This document shows, piece by piece, positions 50,516 through 63,855 of a DNA stretch of 64,000 bases. The stretch is from NCBI RefSeq assembly GCF_006345805.1, contig NC_043000.1:140988001-141052000 (forward strand). Reading direction: 5' to 3'. How positions within the stretch are numbered: position 1 is the first letter of the stretch; the number at the start of each line of letters is the position of its first letter. Source of the stretch: Octopus sinensis (taxonomy: Eukaryota). The position numbers and the translations under genes were made by a program. The notes beneath the pieces were generated by a model. That model worked only from the letters and a program-made list of their open reading frames with translations, did not search any database and had not been told where the DNA came from.

Positions 50516-52629
50516 GTATGTGATGCTGACATGGAGGCCAAACAGTGAAAAGAGCAGAAAGAAATATTGGGGGTGGGAAGACCTACATAAATTTGACTAC
50601 TATAAATCAGATTATCTTGTGAAAGCCTAATAGCCATAAATTCTTAAGTGGTAATCTACATAAACTTAGCTATAATAAAAGAGGTAACACAGGAGCCAAA
50701 TATAGTTTATATCCTGATGATATTGCAAAAATCTAGAAACCTCTATCATGTATGTAGAAACTTTATTCCATATTTAATGCAAAACTTTATAGAGAAAATG
50801 AAAGGTCTTAAATAAAAAAGGTAAAATAAGAACATCTATAAAAGAGAAGCTGCTCCTTACATACATACTCACACACATTTATGTATATTAATTTATAAAT
50901 TCTTATGATGTCAACAGTATATGTATATAAAAAAAGTGTATGTGCGAATGTGTATGACTGTGTGAAAGAGAGGGGAAGTATGTGAGAGAAAAAGACTATT
51001 GTCTTTGGATGTCAATGTGTTGAAATAATATATTTTTAAAAAATATACTATGTGAATGATAAAAAATTTCTTCTGATAGAATGGATTTCTGCCGTTAAAA
51101 TCTGTGTGTATAAGTGTCTGTTATAATTGTACTGTATGTATAAGGCGCCATTTTGACAGTTGTTTGTTCTAGAAGGCCTGTCATGCTAGCTAATCAATAC
51201 ACATTAGCCAGTATCCAATTCAAAAATTAAAGACGTATAATCACTAGTTTTTTGGGTTTTTTCAAACATTTTTCCATATTTATTTATTTTTTTAAATCAT
51301 TAACGAACAAAAAATAATTTTCTTTATAAATAATTATATTTTTTGTTTCATATGTTTTTATTATTTAAACTCATATTTGCTTTTGCTTAATAATTTTCTT
51401 TCATCACCTCTACTTAAAAATTTTGCAGGAAAGTTTTCTGTATTGCACAAAGAAAAAAAATAAATAATTGAAGAAATATAAAGAAAGACATCACACATAA
51501 ACAAATAAATGCAAGTTACCTAAATGGTGCATTTTAAATATTATGAGTGTGGGAGTTGAGGTGGGAAGGTCGGAAATGTAATTGCTGACTTTTTCAGTTG
51601 TTTCATTGTTATTATCAGTATTATGTTTCAGTCTTACGATGATGATTCATTTAAAATTTTTCATTTTGTTTTGGCTGTGTATTTTCAGAAAAAATTATTG
51701 ATGTATGCGCATTTTTGGAAATTAACGAATTGAAAAAAAAAAAGAAATACACTTAACAAAACACACATCAAAAAATAAAACTCACACCCTTGTAAACTCG
51801 TTACATTCAATCTGTGCACAGTACAAGAGAAATTATGTATATTGTAGATTGTTCAGATTTTACAATTCAGTTTTACTTAATTGACAGTTTAATTGAATGC
51901 TCATTTTGGTGACCAAAAATTGCAACACTTTCCGCCTCTTTTTTTCTCTCATCAAGTCTTTCTTTCTACTGTGGTAAATTCTCCTGCACCTCTCTCTTTC
52001 ATCTGAGATCTTTCTATCTTTCCTTTACTCGCTTCTGTCATATATACTTTCTACATTGGAAAAAACATTATGTTCTCAACACTCTCTTTAACCACTCCTC
52101 TATCTTCTTCGTTTCCTTATTTCCTTTCTGTTGCACTTTTTCCTTCCTCCTTTACGATTTCTCCCTTATATACTTCCATGTACAATAACACACATATGAA
52201 TATGTATCGTTCATCATTCCAACTTGGTTCTTCGGGTCAGTCTCATAATTGTTACAATTTAACAATAACAACAACAAACAAAACAAAATGTAAAAATTAA
52301 GGGAGGTGTCATTAAATTAATTTCACAGAATTGATTTTTGGTTTGTTTGATTTTCTTTCCCATTCGTAGGGTGTGTTTGATGGTTCTGAATATTTACATT
52401 CATGATTAAAATATTATCAGTAAAAATAGTTCTGAGAATAATTAAATCAAATATGTGAATTTCTTACACTGAATCAGTTGACCAGAGTGCTAATGAGGTA
52501 CTTGCTGCTCATCACAAATTTTCCCACAAAGATACCTTTACTTCATTGCTTGATATGCTAGAAATAGGACCTAAATCACTTTCATATTATATTGTTTCAT
52601 CTAAAAAGAAGGCAGTGGTCAGATAGTCT

Positions 52630-53015
52630 TTTATTGTTTTACTTGTTTCACTCATTTGACTGCAGCCATGCTGGAGCACTGCTCTGAAGGGTTTTAGTCA
52701 AACAAATTGACCCCAGGACTTGTTTCATAAACGTATCACTTATTCTATTGGTCTCTTTTTGTTGAACCACTAGGTAAAAACATCAACACCAGTTGTCAAA
52801 TGATTGGAGAGATAAACACAAACACACACACACGCACATGTATATATATGTATGTATACGATGGGTTTCTTTCAGTTTTCAACTACCAAATCCACTTACA
52901 AGGTTTTGGTTGGCCTGAAGTTATAGTAGAAGACACTTGCTCTAGTGCCACACAGTGGGATTGAACCCAGAACAATGTGATTAGGAAGCAAGCTTCTTAC
53001 CACACAGCCATGACT
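52630..53015 (-). mobile_element. Family A SINE flanked by ~63-bp diverged direct repeats
   Basis: 52557-52619 resembles 53016-53079. Confidence 0.75.
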
Positions 53016-53649
53016 GCTAGAAATAGAACCCAAATCTCTTTCCTATTACATTGTTTCATCTAAGAAGAGGGGCAGTGGTGAGGTATGTGTGAAGAGTATC
53101 TTTTTTTTTATTTCTTTATTTATTTGAATGAGAATTAATAAGTGGCTTTTCCTATAATCCTTTATTCTGTTAATTCAATTTCTCTTGTAATATCTGTTCT
53201 GGTATAGGGACATGGCTTGAAATTTGGGTGAAGAGGTCTAGTCAGTAACATCTACCCCAGTGCTCAAATGGTATCTACTATAATAATACTCTTGTGTCTT
53301 TCTCCGTTGCAACATATGAATGAGAAAGGAAGGGGCGATAGAGGAATAAGGAAGGAAGGGCTTATGGCAAATTTGGTAGTGGGATGATGGAAGTCCTACA
53401 CTGAAAAAAAAATCAAACAGCATTTCAACTCTGCATGAGTATATGTGTGTCTATGTAAAAGGGAGTCATGTGAATGTTTGTGTGTGTGTGTGTGTGTGTG
53501 CAATGCTGCTGAAAAGAAAAATCAAAGAGCGTTTCAATTCTGAGTGAGTATATGTGTGTACGTGTGTGAGTGTACAAGGGAAGTATGGAAATGTATGTAT
53601 CTGGGATTATTATGAACCTTATTTTGTACCTTATATATAAAATACAATT

Positions 53650-54035
53650 AGCTGTCATTTTTGATGGCACGGGCTCTCCGAGTGTGATCGTTACCAGCGT
53701 CGCCTTACTGGCATTTGTGCCGGTGGCATATGAACAAAACATTCGAGTGAGGTCCTTGCCAGTGCTGCTGGACTGGCTCCTTTGCAGGTGGCACGTAAAA
53801 AACACCATTTCGAGTGTGGCCATTGCCAGTACCACCTGACTGGGCCTCGTGCGGGTGGCATGTAAAAGCACCCACTACACTCTCAGAGTGGTTGGCATTA
53901 GGAAGGGCATCCAGCTGTAGAAACTCTGCCAGATCAGACTGGAGCCTGGCACAGCCATCTGGTTCGCCAGTCCTCAGTTAAATCATCCAACCCACGCTAG
54001 CATAGAAAGCGGACGTTAAATGATGATGATGATAA
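53650..54035 (+). mobile_element. RTE 3'UTR copy with (GAT)n tail
   Basis: Same module order as 41800-42210. Confidence 0.8.
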
Positions 54036-54504
54036 TGATTGTGAAAGGATGAAAGACAAAGTCAACCTTGACAGAATTTGAATGCTTAATGTTAAGACAG
54101 ATGAATTGCTTCTTAATAGTTTCCCCAGCATGCTAACAATTCTAGCAGCTTACTGCTTTTATTTCTTTTGTAATATGATAAACATGCACTGAAGTTCAGA
54201 ATATACTCGTAAAATGTGCAGTATTTATAACAGGACAGAACTGGGTGTTTAATGTAAGCTAGAGCTATTGAAAAAAAACTCATTACGAATACACTTCATG
54301 ATTTTTTAGAACAGTAGTTGTGTGTAAGCTGGTTTTATACTATCTACATGAGTATATATGGTACATTCTTTTCTCAACACAATCAAAGAAAAATCCAAGC
54401 TGACCCACTCAGGATTTGAATTCAGAATTCACTTCAATACAGTTAAAACTGCAGCATATGTCATAACTCTATATACTCTAATACATATATATTTCTTTAC
54501 TACC

Positions 54505-54720
54505 CACAAGGGGGTAAACATAGAGAGAACAAACAAGGACAGACAAAGGGATTGAATCGATTACATCGACCCAGTGCGAAACTGGTACTTTATTTATCGA
54601 CCCCGAGAGGATGAAAGGCAAAGTCGACCTCGGCAGAATTTGAACTCAGAACGTAACGACAGACAAAATACGGCTACGCATTTCGCCCGGCGCGCTAACG
54701 TTTCTGCCAGCTCGCCGCCT
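54505..54720 (-). mobile_element. Family B SINE
   Basis: Reverse complement of 1341-1575. Confidence 0.85.
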
Positions 54721-55119
54721 CATACATGTAGTGTTTATTTTTCTATTTTATTGTTCTTTTTAGCTTTGTGAATATTTAATGAATAAGTACATGTATTTTA
54801 TGAGTTTACATAGAACATGTATTTCACTAGTGTAACTTCACTATTTTCTTTGACATCTGCAATCTTCTTTTTAATCTCTTCTTTTTATATTTTTTTTTTA
54901 TCTTTTGGTATTGGTGGCAGGAAATCTATGTCCAAGCTTTCTGCTCCTATAGAGATTTCTTCCTTCTTAATTTCCCTATATATATATATTTATTTTTTAT
55001 TTTTCTTCTTTCTTTCAGTACTTCCATTCAGCTGGATAATTTATGAGCTTCTTATTGATATGTGTGTAGGTCTATATTTCTAAATTTCAACATCACATCA
55101 TTTTGGTCTCTTTTTTGCA

Positions 55120-55510
55120 ATCACCATCTTCTTCATCTTCTTTTCCTTTTCCTTCTTTTCCTCCTCCTCCTTCTCCTTCTTCGTTTCTTCTTTTTCTTCT
55201 TTTCTTCTTCTTCTCCTTCTTTTCCTCCTCCTCCTCCTTCGTTTCTTCTTTTTCTTCTTTTCTTCTTCTTCTCCTTCTTTTCCTTTCCTCCTTCCTCTTT
55301 TCCTCCTTCCTTCTTCTCCTTCCTCCTCCTCCTTCCTCCTCCTCCTTCTTCTTTCCTCCTTTTCCTTTTTTTTTTTCTTCTCCTCCTCCTTCTTCCTCCT
55401 CCTCCTCTCTTTTTTTTCTTTCCTCCTCCTCCTTCTTTTCCGTCTTTTCCTCCTTCTCCTCTTCCTCCTCCTCCTCCTTCCACCTCGTTGTCCTTCTCCT
55501 CCTCCTTCCA
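55120..55510. repeat. ~390-bp polypyrimidine (CTT/CCT)n tract
   Basis: Almost purine-free on the + strand. Confidence 0.95.
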
Positions 55511-56775
55511 GCAACTTCACCACCTATCATTAAAAAGGAAACCAGTCTTTTAAAGAAATTATTATTTTTGTAATTTTTATCCTGAATCCCCATGAATTTA
55601 TTTCTTCTTTTTTATTCTTTTGCTTTCTTACATCACAGCCATTTGTTCTACCCAGATGCAGATTGCACATACATCTATGCCACTGCTCTTTATTGCACAC
55701 ACTAAATGGCTCTACTACCAATAGAAGTTTCCAAACATTCCCCTACGATGATGAGAATTTATCATCATCTGATGAATGTTGCACCTGTAGTTGTGGTGGT
55801 AATGGCTGACATATGGGGAAAATAACTTTCGTTGGCAGCATATTGCAAAATCAATTTGCAAACTAGTGGAATCATTCAGATTGAAGCATAATCTTCAGCC
55901 TACTCTTTTAGTGATTTACTAATACAAAAACATCACTGGAAACCATTAAATATTAAAAAAAAAAAACTGTTTTGATAATTATCTCATAAAATATCATAAA
56001 ATAGTCTCTCAGAGAATAATCTACATATTTCGAAAATTCTTCAATATAAATAGAATTGTATTATCCACTAAACCTTTCCAGCTCCATGTATGTTGGCAGA
56101 TGAAGCAAAAGTTATAAAGTATCATCTGTTCTAAGATACTTTAAGATATATCTGTGGATGCATATAGGAGGGAATGTTGGTGCATATAGGAGTGATATAA
56201 ATCAAATAGCGAACGATTTGACTTATGTCCAGCCTTGTTTTGAGTACGTGGTATTGATAAGTCACAAAGAGGATGAAAGATTGATGTCTGCCACTCCTGC
56301 AATGGGATCTGCCATGAGTTATCTTACTTGTCTATAACTTCTAGATGTTTTTACACCAGGTATGTTGAGAAGAAAATTTTTTCTCATCCCTATAAATCAC
56401 AGTCTGCCCACGAACTGGCAATACACATACCTTGTGTAGGTGTTCAATATTGTGTATATTCCTCAAGCTGCTTCTCATTCATATCTGAATATATATATAT
56501 ATATATATATATATTTGTCTCTAATAATATTTTATATATATATATATATATATATAATCAAAATAAGGGTGAAAAAATTGGATATTAATTTAATAACATC
56601 AATTTAACACCAAGTGGTTTAGTACATAAAAACTGGGATACAGTAAAAAGTAATACACAAATATAGTTGTGCTAATTCTCCTTGGGAACAATTCTTGGTG
56701 GTTGAGACCATTGCGGATCTATTTTTAGCACAAGAGCGTCCACATAGTGGACCCTCTCTTATATTTGTATGTATG

Positions 56776-56806
<31 letters not shown>

Positions 56807-58049
56807 TCACCACCACACACCACTCCATACACACAAGCACTGACCACATCCCAGCACCCACACCACACACCATCATTTGCACACCCACGCACCATCATCC
56901 TCATACCCACAAATTCTATTTATTCTCTCTCTGTTTATTTCCTCATGTTCCTTTCTGTTGAAGAGCATAGGCTCAAAACGTAAAAGACATTATCACTTTC
57001 CCAAGTGTCAAACTAATACACCTGCCTTTGTCTTTTGTTTTTCTTTAAATTTCAACTATATATATATATATATATATATATGTAAGACGTATATATACAC
57101 ACAAATACACATATACATATATATATATATATATATATACATATGTACGCAATCTTGCACGCATGCAAAAATCACTTGGTGTATACATATAGACTAGAAG
57201 TAAAATGCAGAGAGTGGAAAGAAAAGGTAAGGATCTTATAAGCAACAGATAACTAAAGAAGTGAGCAAGAGAAGGAGAGGGAGGCGTAAAGTTACAGGAC
57301 TCTATACAAGTAACGAATAGGGGAAGAAAATATACTTTTCTGTAACAAAATAAAGGAAGAAAGAATGAAATCTGAATATGCGTAACAAACATACACAAAA
57401 TAAAATTACGTATGCATGTGTATATAAAAGTGTATATTTGCAGTAAATACACATATAAGAAACACAGATATAAATATATAGAGATAAGTATGTAAATACA
57501 CATTCACACAAATTCAAGTGAATACATACATACATATACATCCATGTATGTATGTGAACGAGTATAAACATACATGCTTACACATATACAAAGGCACATA
57601 CATACGAATGCATATGCATGTCAACAATACAAATATCCACATAAAAACATGTCTAGGTCCTGATGTATATACAAACAAAATTATTTTAAAAAATTGCTGA
57701 GTGCATAATAATAAAATTCGGATAAAAGACATGCAATATAGAACATCCTACATTGAATTATCTATATATTAAACGATTAAAATGGGTTTATAAAATAAAA
57801 TAAAGTGAAATAAAATAAAAGCAGAATCCTAAACAAGATAATAATATTTATATGCAACAGTTGAAGGTTTTTACTTAAGAAATATGTCAAAATATATACA
57901 ATAACTTTGTGATGTTTAATAAATCATGCATAATAAGAAACAAATTGAACAGTGTGATTAAAAACTAGTCCAAGAATCATATATATATATAAGTTACGGA
58001 GATGTACTTGCATAGCAAGGACCTGATCTGAGATCGTGTACTGGAACGA

Positions 58050-58340
58050 AAACAATTGCAGCATGGAAGGTGTTTATAAGCCATTTAAGAAACACAGAAA
58101 AAACATTAGATTCACTTCAACATTTAAATTAAATTTGCCATAATATTTTCATTGCTGTGAGATTGCAATGTGTTCACTGACAAAATTCTGTGATGTAGCA
58201 TGGAATTTTGTCAGTGAACAAGTCATGGTCTCAAAGTGCCGAAAATATTTTGGCAAATTAAATTTAAATGTTGAAGTGAATCTAATGATTTATGTATGTT
58301 TTTAAATGGCTTATAAACACCTTCCATACTGCAATTGTTT
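58050..58340. repeat. Foldback, ~140-bp arms
   Basis: aaacaattgcagcatggaaggtgtttataagcc...gttcactgacaaaattc versus gaattttgtcagtgaac...cttccatactgcaattgttt. Confidence 0.85.
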
Positions 58341-60503
58341 ATGTATATATATATATCTTTGTATATGTATATATATACATACAATATATATATATATATA
58401 TATATATTTGTATATGTATATATATGTATACATACATATATATATATATATATATTTATATATGTGTGTGTGTGTGTGTGTTCATATGTATATATAACGA
58501 TGAGCTTATATATATGTATATATATATATATGTATATATAACGATGAGCTTCCTGTTGAATTTCACTCCTAATAAGAATACATCAAAATGAGATTATGGA
58601 AGAAGAAACTTAGCCAAAGTGCCACATATTAGGACTGAAAATGGTTCTTAATGGATATTAAGCAAAATTCTTAACCCCACAACCATGATAGATATGTACT
58701 AGACAGTTATGTTAAATCATCTTCGATACAAAACAAGAAGATAGATGAAGTCTTAAAGTGGTGCCATAGCGCTATGATGATTTCACTTTGAAAACAGCAG
58801 TCTTCTCCAAGAGCTCAGCGCATTTACTGTTCAGGATACAATAATAATCTATCGTGGGATTTCTCATGTCAGAGTGAAATGGTTAAATACTTCAGATATT
58901 AGATTACTGATTCCTGCGAGTATTTTGATATCCCTCTAGGCAGCACAATTAACCTTTCATGCCCATAGTTCTCTTAACTGTGCCAAAGAGGGAATATTAA
59001 TAACAATTGATTACCAAATTATCCGGGCAAAGTCACAATTTTCCTCCTCCTCACTCTGTCTTTCCATTTCTTCCTTCCTTTCTAATTTCACACTTTCATC
59101 ATTATTGCTTTTAAGGAAAGTGTTATAGTTTTGTCAGGTCTCAACCACATCAATACATCATTTCACTTCAGTGATATAATACACAAGTGAAATATTCTTT
59201 GGGCTTTCAGTAAAGAATAGTTGAGAATAATTGTCTATTCAAGTGAATGCTTTTGGCTAATTCCTTTCATCATAGGAAAGGTTATTGTCAACAATAGTAT
59301 GCATACTTATTCCTCCTGAGTTGACTTCCAGTTGACAGAATTGTTAGAGAATCAGACAAATTGTTTTGTTGTAATCATGTAGGCTCTTTGCGTTTCAAGT
59401 TCAAACGCTACTGAGGTCAACTTTGCCTTTTATTCTTTTGGAGTTGATAAATAAAGTATCAGTCTTGCACTGTGATCCATTCTTCTCTGCCACTCTTTCA
59501 TTCTATCAGTTTTTTACAGAGAAACCAGCTGCCATTGCACCTGGCAAATGCTAGGTGCTCTGCCAGGTCTAAAAAGGTTACTTGCACTGTATATCATGAT
59601 GAAATTCCTATGAGTTCATTAGGGTGTTGAGGGCCCAAAGCAATGTATATCTGAGTACCTGATAATATGAATCCCTTAGTATTCTGAAATGTAAATTTTA
59701 TATCCTCTATTAACAATATTAGCTCTAACCTTTTAAAGGCAAGTAAGGCAAAGGATCTCAGCAAAATCCAAGCTCAATTAGTTGTAATTTAATTAGCTCA
59801 GCAGTTTATTCTACCACTGTAATTCATCATTGTTTCACCTTGGTAGACTGAGTTAAGGTTGTTATGGTTCAGTACTTACCTCAAAAGAAAAAAACCCAAA
59901 AAACTGAAAATGGGAAGATGAATTTGGCCGAAACACTATGGGGTTTTACAATCTCCTTGAGCCAATATAAGTTAAAAAGAACTAGTGGCAAAAACTGGGC
60001 TCACTTTTCGTTTTAGTGGCTAATCAAATGAAATGTCACACTGTACTTACATTTCTATGTGATTCTGCACTGAAGATATATAGTTATATACTCAGAGTAA
60101 TTCTTGATTGAAAATGTATTTAAAAACTAAATTTCAAACCAGGCTACTATCTAAGGGGCAACTGCATGCCACCTTGGCAAAGTACCTTCCACTTATAGCT
60201 TTTTGCCAACCTATGACTTATGAGTTGATATGTTACATGGAAATTAACAGAAACTTGTTGTGTGTGTGTATCTATGAAGGTATGTATGTTTATGTTTCCT
60301 TGTCTTGACATCACATGATAGCTGCAAATGGTTGTCACTGTTATGCATCAGTACTATGCATTTCTAATGTTCTGTGAAAACATGCCTGAACATCGAGAAA
60401 TATTATCTTGCAGGAAAACAGGTGAGAGATCCATAAGTAAATTCCACTCATTCCTTATAAACATGAATAAGTGGATGTTAAGGCGATGATGATGAGGAAG
60501 GTG

Positions 60504-60729
60504 ATGTGGATGAGTAATTATTTCACTTTAGAACTTTTGGTTATTCTCTAATATCGAACAGTTTTTCACTGTAAACCAGAGATGAAGCATAAACTGAACT
60601 TATTCGAATAACGCATGTGGATGAGTAATTATTTCACTTAGAACTTTTGGTTATTATTCTCTATAGCGAACAGTTTTTCACTGTAAACAGAGATGAAGCA
60701 TCAATAAATGAACTTATTCGAAATAACGC
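60504..60729. repeat. ~111-bp imperfect tandem duplication
   Basis: atgtggatgagtaattatttcac... at 60504 and 60615; differences are mostly indels. Confidence 0.85.
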
Positions 60730-61647
60730 CAAAAACATCCAATGCACACATCACACACAACACCATCATCATTATCATCATCATCCAGTGTCCATTTTCC
60801 ATACTGCCATGGGTCAGAAGGTTTTATTGGAACTGATAAGCTGGAGAGCTACATTAGGCGCCAGTCTGTTTTGGCCTTGTTTCCATGGCTGGATGCCCTT
60901 CCTGATGCCAACTTCCAAGAGTTTTACCTGTCACCAGCAGAAGTGCCTTTTATGCATCACTGCCACTGGCCAATGCCTGTTTTTCTATGCTATTGTAGCT
61001 TAGATAGGTGGACCGCTTGTGAATTCAATATTCCCACGAAACTTCTTCTATGAATCAGAAGAAGCCAGCTCAACTCGCCCTGGGTGAACGCCATCACAAG
61101 TACAAGTAAGTAAGTTAGATTGGTGGTGGATAAGGCAGGATTTTTTACAGCTGAATACTTTTCCAGTTTCCACCATTACCTGGTTTTACAATAAAGAGTA
61201 AAAGAATTCAAAAGTGCAGAGCTAGCAAACAATTTTTTATAGGAAATGTCAACAAATTTTCAACTTGTTGCTGCTCAACCCTAAAGGATAACATCACCAT
61301 TTGTAACTGTTACTCAGCCTAGTTTCACATGCATTCACACAGAGACACATACATGACATGCTTCTTTCAGTTTCTATCTACCAAATTCTCTCTGACATCT
61401 ACCAAACATATCAGCACCATAGTCTTTCCTCTCTCACACTATTTATGTCAAAGTTTTCTCTCAAGTTTTGTGCTTTTCACTCAAATACATACTAGACATA
61501 TAGTAGAACATGACTACCACACTTCTTTCTAATTCTGACAAATTCTCTGCAGTCAAAGTCTATGTATTGTTACCATGTAGCATTACACTTCATGCAAAAG
61601 CACCATACAAACAGTATTTCCATTAAGCAAGAAACATTTCATAGTTT

Positions 61648-61900
61648 GTTGTGTCTGGGGAGAGTCATTTTCTTTTTGTGCCTTATAATGTAACACACTC
61701 ACCGGTAAAATTTCCTCCTATTTCTTATTTTTATTTTTTTTTATATTTTTATTTCCTAAGTGGAAATTTTACCGGTGAGTGTGTTACATTATAAGACACA
61801 AAAAGAAAATGACTCTCCTCAGACACAACAGAATATGCTTCAACACACGAACTCATAAAGAATCTTGCAAACCAAATCCAAAAACGAAATATTTCATAGT
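61648..61900. repeat. Foldback of the same family as 48701-48961 but with a different apex
   Basis: Arms 61648-~61720 and ~61760-61829; unpaired extension to 61900 matches the reverse complement of 48625-48700. Confidence 0.85.
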
Positions 61901-62950
61901 TTACAATGGTAAAAAATCCCTTGGTTCCTCTCCACAAGCTCTCAATCTGGTAACCAGATTTGAGACACCTACCTTCACTACTAAATACCTTACCTAAGTA
62001 ACAAAACCTATCATCTATTGCTATGTAACCTTGCAAAGTGGTGGTCGTTAAATGATGATGGAGATGAGGATATACTTAGACTTCTGGCTTCTGTACATCT
62101 GACAAATATGAAATCTACAATCCTAGTCAGCTTACTTCTGATGCCTCTTCATTTCTTCAGTGCAGATTGTTTACAATAACTATACTGTATGGAACTACTG
62201 CCTCTCTTTTTTTTTTTTATCTGAATACTGATCAATACTACTTTCCTGATTATAACAGACTTATGTCTTCTTTTCTGTTAGCTAAAACCTTTTTGCTAGA
62301 TTCACTTTGAGACTTCTTGGCAACAGGTTTTGTTCCAAGATAGGAATTTACAAACTAAATCTTTGAACAATTTGACTATATGATACAGGAGTTTGTACAG
62401 TCAACAGGTCTTGAAATCCTCTATAATGGTCTGGAGAATAATAATCAAAAGAGTTCTGAGTTCTGATGTAAACCAGCCTGCTTATTAAATTCCTTGCTAA
62501 ATTCATTGTCAACTCTTGCTGATTACACTTATGTACATTATTAGTGTAGTTCTCACAAGCTGTTTGTGTAGCCCTGAATTTCTTTTCAGCTTCTAGACTA
62601 CAGGGGATGGGAATCTGTCAAAGCCTTCCCTAAGTCAACAATGCTAAGTAGAGTGGCTTTCTATTAGCTAATATTTTGGGTGTAGTTGTCTTACTATGAA
62701 GAAATTATTGTTGGTATGTTGTTTTGGTATAAACCCGAATTGCATTTCATTTGGGTTAATCTTCTCATAACCAGAATAAAGATATTAATCTATACTTATT
62801 GAATGAGTTATTAACTTATTATAAAAACTAAAAGTGATTTATGCAGGCCTAACTTAATTATTTGGCTTGTGTATAGAAAATATAAGGCTTTATGAATAAC
62901 ATTAATTCTCATCAAGCAATTTTTAAAAATGTGAAGTATATCTTCCATTT

Positions 62951-63154
62951 AAATGTGGTTAACCACTAAGGGTGGATGCTACTGTAGCTTGTAGCCCCAG
63001 GAGAACATCTTCTTCAGCTGGCTATTGACACACTTTCTGTGCCCTTTGCAAACACTGATAGGGCACAGAAAGTGCGTCAATAGCCAGCTGAAGAAGACTT
63101 TCTCCTGGGGCTACAAGCTACAGTAGCATCCACCCTTAGTGGTTAGCCACATTT
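62951..63154. repeat. Near-perfect 204-bp hairpin related to the arms of 22118-22550
   Basis: aaatgtggttaaccactaagggtggatgctactgtagc...gtgccct versus agggcac...ggttagccacattt. Confidence 0.9.
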
Positions 63155-63344
63155 CATTGGCAGATATATTTTATATTGTCGTGCAGCTACTGTTTATATC
63201 TCGTTCAGATTTTTATTATTTTAAAAAATGTATTGTAAAAATAGAACAAAGCCTAAGTTTCATGCAGAACACAATGCATGTATCTCTTAATAATACTTTC
63301 TACTAAAGGCACAAGGCCTGAAATTTTGGGGAAGATGGTAAGTC

Positions 63345-63855
63345 AATCACATCGATCCCAGTACTCAATTGGTACTTAATTTATCAAGCCTGAAATGATG
63401 AAAGACAAAATCAAACTCAGAATATAAAGAAGGTTGAAATACCTATTTCTTTATTACCCACAAGGGGCTAAACACAGAGGAGACAAACAAGGACAGACAA
63501 ACGGATTAAGTCGATTATATCTACCCCAGTGTGTAACTGGTACTTATTTAATCGACCCCGAAAGGATGAAAGGCAAAGTCGACCTTTGAAGAATTTGAAT
63601 TCAGAATGTAGCGGCAGACGAAATACCTATTCCTTTATTACCCACAAGGGGCTAAACACAGAGGGGACAAACAAGGACAGACATAGGTATTAAGTCGGTT
63701 ACATCGACCCCAGTGCGTAACTTTTACTTAATTTATCGACCCCGAAAGGATGAAAGGCAAAGCTGACCTCGGCAGTATTTGAACTCACAACGTAATGCAG
63801 ACGAAATACCGCTAAGCATTTTGCCCAGCGTGCTGATGATTCTGCCAGCTTCCCA
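63345..63855 (-). mobile_element. Tandem array of three family B SINE units joined at gaaatacc
   Basis: Junction motif at 63436, 63620 and 63803; only the last unit keeps its head. Confidence 0.8.

Noticed and set aside
55062-55593. E/K/R-rich and F/S/L/P-rich ORFs on both strands
   Set aside because: Translations of the (CTT/CCT)n tract.
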